This document shows positions 1 to 9,188 of a stretch of 32,522 nucleotides of DNA, one piece after another. The position numbers and the translations under genes were made by a program. The notes under the pieces are model-generated. The model made no database searches and was not told where the DNA came from. It worked only from the letters and a program-made list of their open reading frames with translations. This DNA comes from a bacterium. Lineage in GTDB: Bacteria > SZUA-182 > DTGQ01. The stretch spans positions 1 through 32,522 of the forward strand of contig JBFMGO010000069.1 in assembly GCA_040752695.1 (NCBI GenBank). The letters are read 5' to 3'. How positions within the stretch are numbered: the stretch's first letter is position 1; the number at the start of each line of letters is the position of its first letter.

Positions 1-36
1 TTTGATGAGATTTTCCCGATAAGCTGAATGGAGCAT
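1..36 (-). CDS. 5' end of a gene running off the left edge (MLHSAYRENLIK...), possibly a transposase
   Basis: Minus-strand ATG at 36 preceded by a strong RBS (AGGAGGT). Upstream lies a 16-bp perfect hairpin (70-85/91-106) with extra pairing between 41-48 and 107-114 next to the RBS, an arrangement common in IS leaders. Only 12 codons are visible. Confidence 0.4.
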   Translation of the reverse strand, partial: MLHSAYRENLIK

Positions 37-236
37 AAGGGGTTAACACCTCCTTTCTATAGTGGAGATCACCTGTTATGCAAAATACGCTTTTGCATAA
101 CAGGTGTGTTAACCTCTCTCTATCGGCTTTTTGAATTTCCGAGAGCTACTCCAGTCACCTTAAAAAAGGGTTGAAAGCTGTTACCCCCGCCTAAAATGAC
201 CTGACAAAACAATAACTTTCATTTCCGAAAAAGCTC

Positions 237-326
237 GGCGGATGAGGGTTGAAACCATTGGCTACTGCTTTTAGAAAAGCAATTGTATCTGTAGCATCCG
301 CCCGTAAGGGCGATGAGGGTTGAAAT
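237..326 (+). CRISPR. Degenerate CRISPR-like remnant: truncated repeat, 35-nt spacer, one near-complete repeat
   Basis: 237-255 GGCGGATGAGGGTTGAAAC; 35 unique nt (256-290); 291-326 GTAGCATCCGCCCGTAAGGGCGATGAGGGTTGAAAT, with an internal palindrome and a GTTGAAA(C/T) 3' end. No cas genes in the window. Confidence 0.45.
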
Positions 327-360
327 GGAGGTTTTCCCACCTCGATGATCTTGCATCTCT

Positions 361-1098
361 TTATTCTTGTTTCTTAATGATTACATTGACTTTATCTTTG
401 AGGAGCTTTTTAAATTCAACGGCATCATCAGCCTTGCCCTCATATAAGCCATAGTGTATGGGGATAGCGATTTTTGCCTGAGTATCAATTACAGCATTTG
501 CCGCTTCTTTTACATCATTCATCGTATAGGTCTGTCCAAGGGGAACCATGGCAATATCACAAGTGAAATCCTTCATTTCGGGTATTCGTTCAGTATCCCC
601 CGCGTGGTATATTTTCACTCCATGAATCGTGAGGGTATATCCCATCCATTTGTTTTCTTTTGGATGGAATTTTGTCTTTACAATATTGTAGGCAGGAACA
701 GCTTCTATGAGAATACCATTTACGTTCGTTTTCATTCCGGGTTCCATGGGAATGATTTTAGATTTCTTTACCTTTGCAAGGTCCTGTACACAATCTTCAG
801 GAGCTATGAAGACCGTGTTTTTATGAGCAATCTTAGATATATCCCCTACAGATAAATGGTCATCGTGCTTATGGGAAATAAGAATGATATCGGCTTTATC
901 AGACTTTTTGATCCGATAGGGATCAAAGTAGATTACCTGACCATCAGTATCAATTTTAACCGCAGACTGACAGAGCCAATGAATTTTCTCTATCAGTTCT
1001 TCAGGACTGGTGTTTTGTGATTTTTCACTAAAACCGAAAGAAGAAAACGTCAAGAGTGCAAAGGATAAAGCTGTCAAGCAAAGCACATACTTATTCAT
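361..1098 (-). CDS. Secreted/periplasmic MBL-fold metallo-hydrolase (UlaG/Lactamase_B_3-like)
   Basis: Signal-peptide-like N-terminus; motifs YFDP, SHKHDDH (HxHxDH), HAGDT, PIHYG; AGGAGG RBS upstream. Confidence 0.9.
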   Translation of the reverse strand: MNKYVLCLTALSFALLTFSSFGFSEKSQNTSPEELIEKIHWLCQSAVKIDTDGQVIYFDPYRIKKSDKADIILISHKHDDHLSVGDISKIAHKNTVFIAPEDCVQDLAKVKKSKIIPMEPGMKTNVNGILIEAVPAYNIVKTKFHPKENKWMGYTLTIHGVKIYHAGDTERIPEMKDFTCDIAMVPLGQTYTMNDVKEAANAVIDTQAKIAIPIHYGLYEGKADDAVEFKKLLKDKVNVIIKKQE

Positions 1099-1160
1099 GA
1101 AAGCCTCCTTATCAGAAATTATCGTTTAGGGGAAAATTTTTTTCATTACAGCCTTTGAAT

Positions 1161-1314
1161 TTGCTACCGGACACTTTTTCCGTCATTCCCGCGAAAGCGG
1201 GAATCCATGCATGGTTGCAGCAAACCCCTGGATTCCCGCCTACGCGGGAATGACGTGAAGTGCCTGCACTTACAGGCGCATACAAGATCGGGAATAAAAA
1301 GTGTCCGGTAGTGA
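1161..1314. mobile_element. MITE-like element (type 1) carrying an inverted REP doublet
   Basis: 16-bp perfect inverted repeat CTACCGGACACTTTTT (1164-1179)/AAAAAGTGTCCGGTAG (1296-1311), flanked by direct repeat GCCTTTGAA (1151-1159, 1315-1323). Internal CGTCATTCCCGCGAAAGCGGGAATCCA (1181-1207) and inverted copy (1229-1255). Confidence 0.7.
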
Positions 1315-1398
1315 GCCTTTGAAAAAAAGGATCATGAATCCAGGGTAACTTTGGTAAGTCTATCATTTTATAATAAATATATCTATGATAAAATATGA

Positions 1399-1578
1399 TC
1401 ACTCATATTTAGTAGACTCCGCAACTCTTAGTAGACTCCGCAACTCTTAGTAGACTCCGCACCTCCCTGGTAGGCGGGGTTTTCAAATCCTGCCTACACC
1501 AGAGGGATAGGACAGGAATGTCCCGCTTATCGAGGTCTGATGGCTACTATATGAGCGAATATGGTTTTTTATGAGTGA
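1399..1578 (+). mobile_element. MITE-like element (type 2, copy A)
   Basis: Ends TCACTCATA/TATGAGTGA with 6-bp direct repeat ATATGA (1393-1398, 1579-1584). Contains the family subterminal TGATGGCTACTATATGAGCGA (to 1558) and a GTAG-type hairpin at 1470-1497. Confidence 0.6.
1409..1465. repeat. 3 x 19-bp tandem repeat
   Basis: TTAGTAGACTCCGCAACTC x2 followed by TTAGTAGACTCCGCACCTC, with no spacers. Confidence 0.9.
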
Positions 1579-2284
1579 ATATGATTTTTCCGGTGTCGAA
1601 AGTTCTTACTGGACCGTAATATTATTAAAAATTTATCGTCTAACAGGATAATATGATATTTTAACAAGACACTTATAATTATTGAATAAAATATCTATAT
1701 AAACAAGGGGTTGATAGCAGGACATACATATAATCACCCAAGGGGATACTTATATAATTACCTAAAAGGATACTTACATAGTTTCTGGCATAGTTTCTAT
1801 AAGAAACCGACATATCTTCTCTATTTAAAATCTAGGGATAAGGGGGGAGTGTAAGATATGGAGGAATGCAAGCTGTTGTATACGCTTCTAGAAGTGATGG
1901 ATAATCTGTCTGCACACACAACCGGAAAACAATCTGCGAGGGAGAGTGAGAATAATAGACGGATTGACTACCCATCCAGCGGACCAAAAAGATGCGATAA
2001 TCAGTGTATTGACTGCTTTCTGATTTTTTGCCGGAAAGATCCTGTTTAACCGCAAAACTCCTGCTGAACAGGAAGGTTCCTGCTTAAACGTTTTTGGATA
2101 AAAGAGCGCTGAATTTTTTGGTTTTGATGATGTTACACTCTCTTTCCAGTCCAATTCCGGTTTAATTCTTGTGCAATTCCTATGCAGCTTCAGCGCAATT
2201 CCAGCCTAACTCCTGCCTGATCTTACATTCGGCAATTATCCTGACAATGGCAGATTACCCTGCAATAGTAGATTACCGTTTTCA

Positions 2285-3049
2285 TTATTTGCCTGCCTCA
2301 AGTCTTTCGTCAATGCTTAAAAGGATACTTGCAGTAAGCTTTGACCGGTCAACGATTCCGATAAAGTTGCCAGCATCGTCAACTATTGGAAGTGTCTGAA
2401 CATCGAGAGAATCCATGATCTTAAGTGCTTTAACCTTGTCGGAATATTTATTGAGTGCATTTTCTGCCGGGATAAAGCCAGGCAGAAGAGCTTTTAGCTG
2501 TTCCGTATTCGATGAATTGAGCCAGTCCGCGAAGTTTTGAGAGGTGAATGGCCTGCCAGATCCGAGAACGATTGCTGCAAGCTGGCGAGCATCAGCTATT
2601 CCAAAGAGATGCCCTTTGGAATCATTGATCACGATATAGCGTATCGCTGGATATTGGGTGAGCGCATCAAGATATTCCCTAATAGCAGTCCCCCAGTATC
2701 CTCCATGACCAATGCTGAAGCTGAGGGCTTGAGTCTTCTTCCGGACGAGATCCGGTATCGCTTCTATTCCAGCCTTTCTGTCTACCTGGACACTTTCCAC
2801 AGGCAGTTGGGTTACTTGCGGTGCAACCGGAGATTTTGAAGCTTCTCTGATGGCTGATACAATCTTGAGGTCGCCGACTGAAAACTCCTGTATTTTACCG
2901 GTGAGAAAAAGCCAAAGTGCGATAGGAATCAGAGCCAGTACAATGTCGGAATTTTTAATTTCAAAACTGCTCCCTCCCTTGACTCTCAATATAATGAGCA
3001 AGATCAGAAGGGAAATGAAGCCTCCAATAGCGATTACTAATGTATTCAT
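2285..3049 (-). CDS. Membrane-anchored CBS-domain protein
   Basis: Two N-terminal hydrophobic helices; C-terminal CBS signature ALKIMDSLDVQTLPIVDDAGNFIGIVDR and a weaker upstream CBS-like segment (YIVINDSKGHLFGI). Confidence 0.75.
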   Translation of the reverse strand: MNTLVIAIGGFISLLILLIILRVKGGSSFEIKNSDIVLALIPIALWLFLTGKIQEFSVGDLKIVSAIREASKSPVAPQVTQLPVESVQVDRKAGIEAIPDLVRKKTQALSFSIGHGGYWGTAIREYLDALTQYPAIRYIVINDSKGHLFGIADARQLAAIVLGSGRPFTSQNFADWLNSSNTEQLKALLPGFIPAENALNKYSDKVKALKIMDSLDVQTLPIVDDAGNFIGIVDRSKLTASILLSIDERLEAGK

Positions 3050-3367
3050 ATGCTTTCTTTCTTCTAACTGACCGCGTAATTTCAGCGGCCCGTATTATTC
3101 CATCGCCCACAGGAAAAGAGCGGGTTTCGCTCAATAAGCGGCTAAAAAGCTCCCTCTCCCCCAGCAGGAGAAAGCTGGAGTGAGGGGAAGATTCATAACA
3201 CGGTAAGCTGGCAGGATAATTCGCGCAGCTTATACAAATTCTCGTTTCCCGCGAAGGCCTTTCAGTATCGATATCTCGATCCTCGCGAAGGCCTTTCGGT
3301 ATCGATTCTTTCTCAAGGATATTTGCGCATCACAGAAAAGGCAAAAGAATGTAATAGCATGTAGCTC

Positions 3368-4744
3368 TTACCATGCCTGAAAGAATAAAAGGTTAAATAT
3401 GTTCATTCCCATTGTCCCGGGTGGAGGCCCCTGCTCTTCCAACAGAGCAGGCTGGCCGTTGATAACCGAAAAGACCCAGGTATGGCGGGTCAAGCAGCCG
3501 CAGAGGCAATCGCCCTCACCGTGGGAGAAGGTATAGAAAGGAAAGTCAACCTTGATGAAATCATTGTCGCCTGCGTAGCCGTTATAGCTTACCGAAAGCA
3601 CTCCATCTGCATGGCTGTAAATTTGGGCCAGGCACTCAGGATTGTAGGGGCGGCTGAACTTCAATAGCAGGATGGCCGGGAAGCCCCAGGAGATAAAAGA
3701 TACAGACAGTGGTTTGACCGTAGCTGGGCCATAGAAGGCGTTCAGCACATCAAAACCATGAAAACTGCCATTGACCCACTGGGCTGTAGCCTCCTTGGTC
3801 AATACTATGATCAACTCACCAGGGACCCAGCGTCCGCAATTTTGAACCGAAGCTACCTGCGGGTATGCTCGGCGGATAGCCATGAGATCGGCATGTATCT
3901 GAGCATAGAGGGATGGGGGTGGCAGCAGTTCACCGGAAATCTCCATAGCAAGAACTTCCGCTTCAAGGTCTGTGAATAGCGACGTATCGGGCATTTGTAA
4001 TGATGGATTCAATCCCGGGTATTTTTCCCACTGAGGCAGGTTGAGTCCTGGCACTAGGCCAGGCGTGATCAGGGGCACGTTTGTCAGGCTGGCTGTTTCA
4101 TTAGCGAGCTGGTTAACGGTCTGACTGGCCTGAAGCAGCACCCAGCGCAGATATGTTTCCGGTGATCCATAGCTGTAGGCCGGCAGGTCATAACCACTGC
4201 CAGGATAAGTCGCATAGGGAGAGACCGTTCCCGGCAGGGTTTGGTATGGAAAGGTAATCTCATAGGGCGAGTTGGGTAACGGCAATGTTGGAATATCCAG
4301 GTTGTGGTAAAGATACGTTTGTGCCGGATACAGAAAGGGACTGAAGCCATATGTGCCGGTCAGACCATTGTCATTTACCGGTGCCTGACCTTTAAATACA
4401 TAGTCGAGATAATAAGAGCGGGTGGGTATCGAGCTTAAAGAAAGATATTGAGAGAAGGTGAAAAGGTTTTTATAGTAATTGTGGCCGTTGAGGGGAGTCT
4501 GGTAAGCAGAGCCCAGATAATAGAAAGGATTGGAGATCGAATTAAAATAGCCATAGTCCGGATAGGAATTGGTATAGCCCGGATAGAAATGAGTATAGAA
4601 AGGGGAAGGAGTAGCCAGGGTTTGAGTATAAGCTCTTTCGAAAGAGCTTAAGATATTCAAGCAAATTACTGATACGATGATAAATAAACTGATAATACCT
4701 TTTAGACTGATTATATCTTTTCTTGCAGGTTGGTGATTGTTCAT
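3368..4744 (-). CDS. Exported hypothetical protein with Tyr/Pro/Ser-rich N-terminal region and Cys-containing C-terminal domain
   Basis: Long ORF; likely start ATG 4744 after GGGAG; hydrophobic signal segment; low-complexity Y/P/S/G region; C-terminal GEGDCLCGC motif. Confidence 0.7.
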   Translation of the reverse strand: MNNHQPARKDIISLKGIISLFIIVSVICLNILSSFERAYTQTLATPSPFYTHFYPGYTNSYPDYGYFNSISNPFYYLGSAYQTPLNGHNYYKNLFTFSQYLSLSSIPTRSYYLDYVFKGQAPVNDNGLTGTYGFSPFLYPAQTYLYHNLDIPTLPLPNSPYEITFPYQTLPGTVSPYATYPGSGYDLPAYSYGSPETYLRWVLLQASQTVNQLANETASLTNVPLITPGLVPGLNLPQWEKYPGLNPSLQMPDTSLFTDLEAEVLAMEISGELLPPPSLYAQIHADLMAIRRAYPQVASVQNCGRWVPGELIIVLTKEATAQWVNGSFHGFDVLNAFYGPATVKPLSVSFISWGFPAILLLKFSRPYNPECLAQIYSHADGVLSVSYNGYAGDNDFIKVDFPFYTFSHGEGDCLCGCLTRHTWVFSVINGQPALLEEQGPPPGTMGMNIFNLLFFQAW

Positions 4745-5202
4745 AGTGAAGCTCCCTTCAAAGATCCTCAAAAGACCTCATGGGGTTTAAAAAACTCTCC
4801 TTACCCTTTTTCCATAAATTAAGTGATATGTCAATAATTAATACATTATTTACCATATCGTTAGACTAAAAGTCAAAGATTATCATGAGATAAAAAATAC
4901 TTTAATTCAATGGGAGAAGGAATTTGGGGGAAAGGTTCTATTATCCCTTCACTTTGATATGGAGGGACAAGCCGTTTGGACAGAAGGCGGAAACTGCTTT
5001 TTCGGCAATGATAGGCATTTCAGTCATGTGGCGTAATAACTGAATTTATGATCAACCGCCGTTTCCTCTATTGGCTGACTCTGCTGTGAAAAGGTCCCCA
5101 GTACACCGCGGCGTAAGTAACTGGTACGGTTTCGCTTTCTCCTTATGGTATAGGGACGCACTGAAAGATCACCCTCCCCTCTTCCCTCAAGGGAGAGGGA
5201 TA

Positions 5203-5345
5203 GGCGGGCTGCCTCATCTATTGGCGGGCTGCCTCATCCAACAGGCAGATTGCCCCGACAGCTAGATTGGTTTTCAGCAGTCTGGCCATGCTTCATCCCT
5301 TGGCAGGCCGCCTCATCCCTTTAGGCAGGTTTGCCTCGTCCCAAG
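5203..5345. repeat. Degenerate ~20-bp tandem repeat array
   Basis: About six units resembling GGC(A/G)GGCTGCCTCATCC, e.g. at 5203, 5223, 5302 and 5324. Confidence 0.6.
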
Positions 5346-5406
5346 GGGAAGAAATCTGAGAAGGGATGCTTTTGATAATGCCGGGGAAATTAGTCACGAG
5401 AGGAAA

Positions 5407-5964
5407 TTAGTCACGAAAAGACAGGCTCCGCGAAGGCCATTCTCCATGAAGAAGGTTCTGAGCGATCTTCCTTGCCTTCCATCCGGGCTTGGATATGGAA
5501 ATCAAAATCATATTGGCCAAAGCCAGGACCTGAATATTGCCGAAGATGAGCAGCATCGTGCGGCAGTACCGATAATGGGAGTCCTGAAAAGGCAGCAGCA
5601 GTTGTGACTCAGAGATGGCAATCATGCGGGTCAGCCAGGGTAAAAGCCAGAACGCGCCTGAGATTAACAGAGCAATGGTGGCGATCCACTTGATCGTAAC
5701 CCAGGTGAACCTGAAGAAACCCCAATTAGTCAGTAGGGAAATCAGAAAACCGGTTATCAGAACGCCAAGTGCGGAAGGAGCGACCACAAAGTCGTCGAGG
5801 AGCTTGACACTCACATTAAACGCATAGAGTTCCCTTCCATTGCGGGGAGCCGCATTGAAGAGCACGATGAAATTCATGGATATGGCTGCACCAATCCAGA
5901 CAGAGGCGAAAAAGACATGAAAGGTAACCAGCCATAACCTGCCATGGGAACCAAGTTTTTTCAT
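5407..5964 (-). CDS. DUF2269-like integral membrane protein
   Basis: Four hydrophobic segments; pattern H...WIG ... LITG...TNWGFFRFTWV.IKW ... ISKP; likely start ATG 5964 after GAGGTG. Confidence 0.7.
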   Translation of the reverse strand: MKKLGSHGRLWLVTFHVFFASVWIGAAISMNFIVLFNAAPRNGRELYAFNVSVKLLDDFVVAPSALGVLITGFLISLLTNWGFFRFTWVTIKWIATIALLISGAFWLLPWLTRMIAISESQLLLPFQDSHYRYCRTMLLIFGNIQVLALANMILISISKPGWKARKIAQNLLHGEWPSRSLSFRD

Positions 5965-6081
5965 TGCCACCTCGTTTAAGGCCGTGCCTTTTGCACTGTG
6001 CAATAACCGAAAGCATCACCCAACCAAAACCGATAAGGTAAGTATATCAAGAATGTCCCAAGCATTTTTGGAAAATAAAGG

Positions 6082-6228
6082 TCGCTCATATTTATAAGAT
6101 AACACACCAAAGGCTTCAAATCCCGTCATTCCCGCGAAGGCTTAGAATCCAGTATACCAGGGCTTCTGGATTCTAAGCCTTCGCGGGAATGACAAAGAAA
6201 AGATGTGATGGCTCCTATATAAGAGCGA
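6082..6228 (+). mobile_element. MITE-like element (type 2, copy B) with REP doublet
   Basis: Ends TCGCTCATAT.../...ATAAGAGCGA; perfect 6-bp direct repeat TAAAGG (6076-6081, 6229-6234); internal perfect 28-bp inverted repeat (6125-6152/6166-6193). Confidence 0.75.
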
Positions 6229-6755
6229 TAAAGGTACAAAAAGGTGAAAAAAGTCATAGCTTGCTGGTTCGCTCATCATGGCCGCCAGAATCTTAAATCT
6301 TATTTTTCTTTTCGGTTAGATCCCTGTTCTCCTTTTGTTCTCAACGCAAGGAATGGACCCCTCTTGAGTGAGTGATCCTTGAGCGGCTCATCCTTGAGCG
6401 GTTAATCCAGGAACAGATATACCTTCTAAGGATCAGGCGGGCAGAAGAGCCTTTGTGGAACAGGCCGGGGAAAATATCTATTCCGGATGCCCAATCTCGA
6501 CACCGCCGTCTTCCAGCCGGCACGCTGATACAGTCAGGGACAATGGATAACGTCCCATTCGATAACAGGGGCAGGGTACGGAGGCTCGGCAATTCTCAGG
6601 GTACATATTACCAGACAGCAACTTGATGCAGTAAGGAAAATGCACGTAGGCTCGGTAATTTTCAGGGCACGTAGGCCCGCTAATTTTTCGGTAACGATGA
6701 TTTGTGCTCAACACTGATCGACAGGCAAACAATACAGACGAAAGATGAGGTAACA

Positions 6756-7256
6756 ATGAACGCTCATAGAAGACCCTTCCCTCTGTTTTTCAATGGATTC
6801 TTCCTTGGGATCACCGCAGTCGGCAGTATTGGTCTGTATCTGACAAAGTTCCCTGGTTCAGTGTGGATCTCCCTGTTCTGGGTACTCTGGGTGCTGGCGA
6901 ACTATCTTTTTTTGATCCGCATCAAGGTCTGCCGCCATTGCGCCTTTTACGGCCGGAAATGCCCGATGGGGTGGGGGAAGGTGGTTCCTCTGCTTGCCGG
7001 TCAGGGAGACCCGGACGGATTTTCAAGGCTAAAATGGCCGATGCTGTACTTTTTCTCCTTTGCTCTCCTTCCTCAGTTCCTGATGGTTGTGTCCCTGATC
7101 CGTACCTGGGACATTATCCTGGCCTGCATCGAGGCATTGTTCGCTCTTTTGGGTCTTTCTCTTTGCATATTAGCCAGGGTTTTATGTTGCCCTAGGTGCA
7201 GCATGAAGTCGGTATGCCTCTTAAGCAAACTCCCCCCAAGCGCACACAATTTTTAG
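6756..7256 (+). CDS. Small membrane protein with two Cys clusters
   Basis: ATG 6756 after GAGG; four TM-like segments; CRHC...C and CCPRC...C motifs. Confidence 0.7.
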   Translation: MNAHRRPFPLFFNGFFLGITAVGSIGLYLTKFPGSVWISLFWVLWVLANYLFLIRIKVCRHCAFYGRKCPMGWGKVVPLLAGQGDPDGFSRLKWPMLYFFSFALLPQFLMVVSLIRTWDIILACIEALFALLGLSLCILARVLCCPRCSMKSVCLLSKLPPSAHNF

Positions 7257-7785
7257 TCCCTGGGCGTAGCGGCCAAAAAGTTGACCTCTGACCGGGCCTT
7301 TCCAGTTAATTCCTGCTCAACCACTGTTGATTGATCGTGCCTTGCCTTTAGGAATCCATTCCTTCACTTGCCAGTGGTCCTCAATTAAGAGCTTTTGAGC
7401 TATCTATCATCTGGTTTTGTGAATAAGTTGTTGATGTTAAAGACTTCCGAATCATTCCATGGAGGGCAAAATTCATCAAGCAGGCTAAAAATTCAACTTT
7501 CTGGCAGGGTTTCCATCAACATGAGAATATTTTCTCAATTAAGGCAACAATTGTATAAATAACTGCACACCTGATTAGATAATTCCCTTCTATTTCTTAA
7601 AGGCTGTCTGAAAAATATCAAGGCTCGATTGTCTCATTTTTACGAACCGGCTATAGCAAAGAGTCCCTTGCATTTTCTTCTTATCCTTTGTTTCCAGCAA
7701 AGTTTCCATACTGAGAATGTGAGGCTCCATTGTGTTACCTAACAATGCCTTGTTAACTAAAGGGTTATGGATAGTTTAAAGCTTT

Positions 7786-7894
7786 TCGCTCATACATAGT
7801 AGCCATCACATTCCTTTTTTGTCATTCCCGCCTTCGCGGGAATGACGGAATTGGATGCTTTTTATTAGGTATGTTGCTTTATAAATATGAGCGA
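7786..7894 (-). mobile_element. MITE-like element (type 2, copy C) nested inside the IS5
   Basis: Ends TCGCTCATA/TATGAGCGA; perfect 6-bp direct repeat AGCTTT (7780-7785, 7895-7900); reverse orientation relative to copy B; single palindrome at 7821-7846. Confidence 0.75.
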
Positions 7895-7974
7895 AGCTTT
7901 TAGCAGAATCGGCAAAAATTAACCCTTTACTCAGAAAGCAACAAATAGTGCAAATCAGGTGTCCTATAACGTGG

Positions 7975-8775
7975 TCACCGACTACGTGAATATGCCAGTC
8001 GCCTAACCATCAAGCAGATCATAGCAGCATAGATCAGGGGCTCACTGGTTAAAGTAAGCCCTTCATAATCTTTGCTTAACCGACGAAATCTTCTCAACCA
8101 GCCAAAGGTACGCTCTCCAACCCAGCGACGAGGCAGAACCTGAAACCCTTTTACCTGATTAGATCGTTTGACTATTTGCAAGATTCACTGGCACTGTTCC
8201 TTGACCCAATCAATCAACTTCCCAGCATAAGCACCATCGGGCCCAGATCAATTTCAGTCGAGGGAAGTGCCCAAGGACCTTTTCGAGCACCAACTTTGCT
8301 CCATCCCGATCTTGTACATTGGCAGCGTGCACAACCACCATCAGGATTAATCCCATCATGTCAATCAAGATTATGACGCTTACGCCCTTTGATCAGTTTG
8401 CCAGCATCATAGCCTCTTTGGCCTCTCATTTCAGTGGTTTTGACTGATTGACTATCGATGACACCAGCACTGGGCTGAGCATCTCGTCCCGATTGTTTTC
8501 TCACTTTTTGCCGAAGAGCAGTGTGAAGCTTCTCTATTGTTCCATCCTGTCGCCAGCAACGACAATAGTGTTACACTGTCCGCCAAGGGGGAAGTCATGC
8601 GGCAGTAAACGCCAACTACAATTACTGCGGAGGATGTAGAATATAGCATTGAGAATCTCAATCCAACTCCATAAACGTGGCCTCCCACGACATCCAGATA
8701 CTTCAAATGGAAGATAGGGTTTAATTATCTCCCGTTCAACATTAGTAAGATCTGTTGGATACGCTTTTTTCTCAT
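7975..8775 (-). pseudogene. Frameshifted IS5-family transposase
   Basis: Fragments in different frames: YPTDLT...[18 protein letters not shown]...WRLLPHDFP, and C-terminal [29 protein letters not shown]. There is already a frameshift in the A-run after the ATG. Confidence 0.9.
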
Positions 8776-9188
8776 AGGGGGCTGCTCCAATTAAGGTTTA
8801 TTAATCTGCTGTTTACACCTTAATTCGGAGCAGTCCTACCCAAAAATCATCCAAAAGAACATCCCCATTATTTTTCAGACAGGCTCTTAGGTGTTAGGAA
8901 TAAGTTATGCATAATAAAAAGACTGTTGAAACATGAATGCAATGCAAGGAATTTTATCATTTGAAGATAAAAAAGGGTTCGGTTGGTATCTTCCAAAGAT
9001 TCGATTGATATCTCACATCTAAATTATTATATTTTTTAAGATAAAAAATAAATTTAGCCGAATATTTTATTTCTCCAGCTAATTCAATAACCTTTTTTAC
9101 CTTAAGTATTGAAGAGCATGTATAGGATAATCAGGATTAAGCCTAATTTTAGATACCGGGGACAGGACATCGAACTTAAGCACAGAAA

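Larger units (their letters stand above)
7600..8886 (-). mobile_element. IS5-family (IS1031-like) insertion sequence, inactivated
   Basis: Terminal inverted repeats AAGGCTGTCTGAAAAATA (7600-7617)/TATTTTTCAGACAGGCTC (8869-8886); 3-bp TTA target duplication (7597-7599, 8887-8889). Confidence 0.85.

Noticed and set aside
166..177. AAGGGTTGAAAG as a third CRISPR repeat
   Set aside because: Only the 3' tail matches, there is no palindrome, and the spacing (78) differs from 71.
1112..1402. 96-aa ORF containing RHSRVGGNP/WIPAFAGMT
   Set aside because: These peptides are the translation of the REP doublet inside the MITE, not evidence of a gene.
1409..1465. 19-bp repeats as a CRISPR array
   Set aside because: Head-to-tail with no spacers.
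1858..2154. Short ORFs; VMDNLSAH resembles an IS630 DDE motif
   Set aside because: Single short motif with no supporting flanking motifs or termini.
2200..3090. CBS gene as an integron cassette (GTTAG at both sides on the minus strand)
   Set aside because: No matching RYYYAAC/GTTRRRY hairpin could be built and no integrase is present.
3150..3306. CCCTCTCCC-type hairpin and duplicated CGCGAAGGCCTTTC..TATCGAT
   Set aside because: Probably decayed REP fragments, too degenerate to define as an element.
6341..6756. Overlapping short ORFs (ILERLILERL...)
   Set aside because: No recognisable family; the start derives from a 15-bp duplication.
4770..9180. c-di-GMP or cobalamin riboswitches and tRNAs in intergenic gaps
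   Set aside because: I looked by eye for consensus cores and found none convincing; an Infernal/Rfam scan would be decisive.
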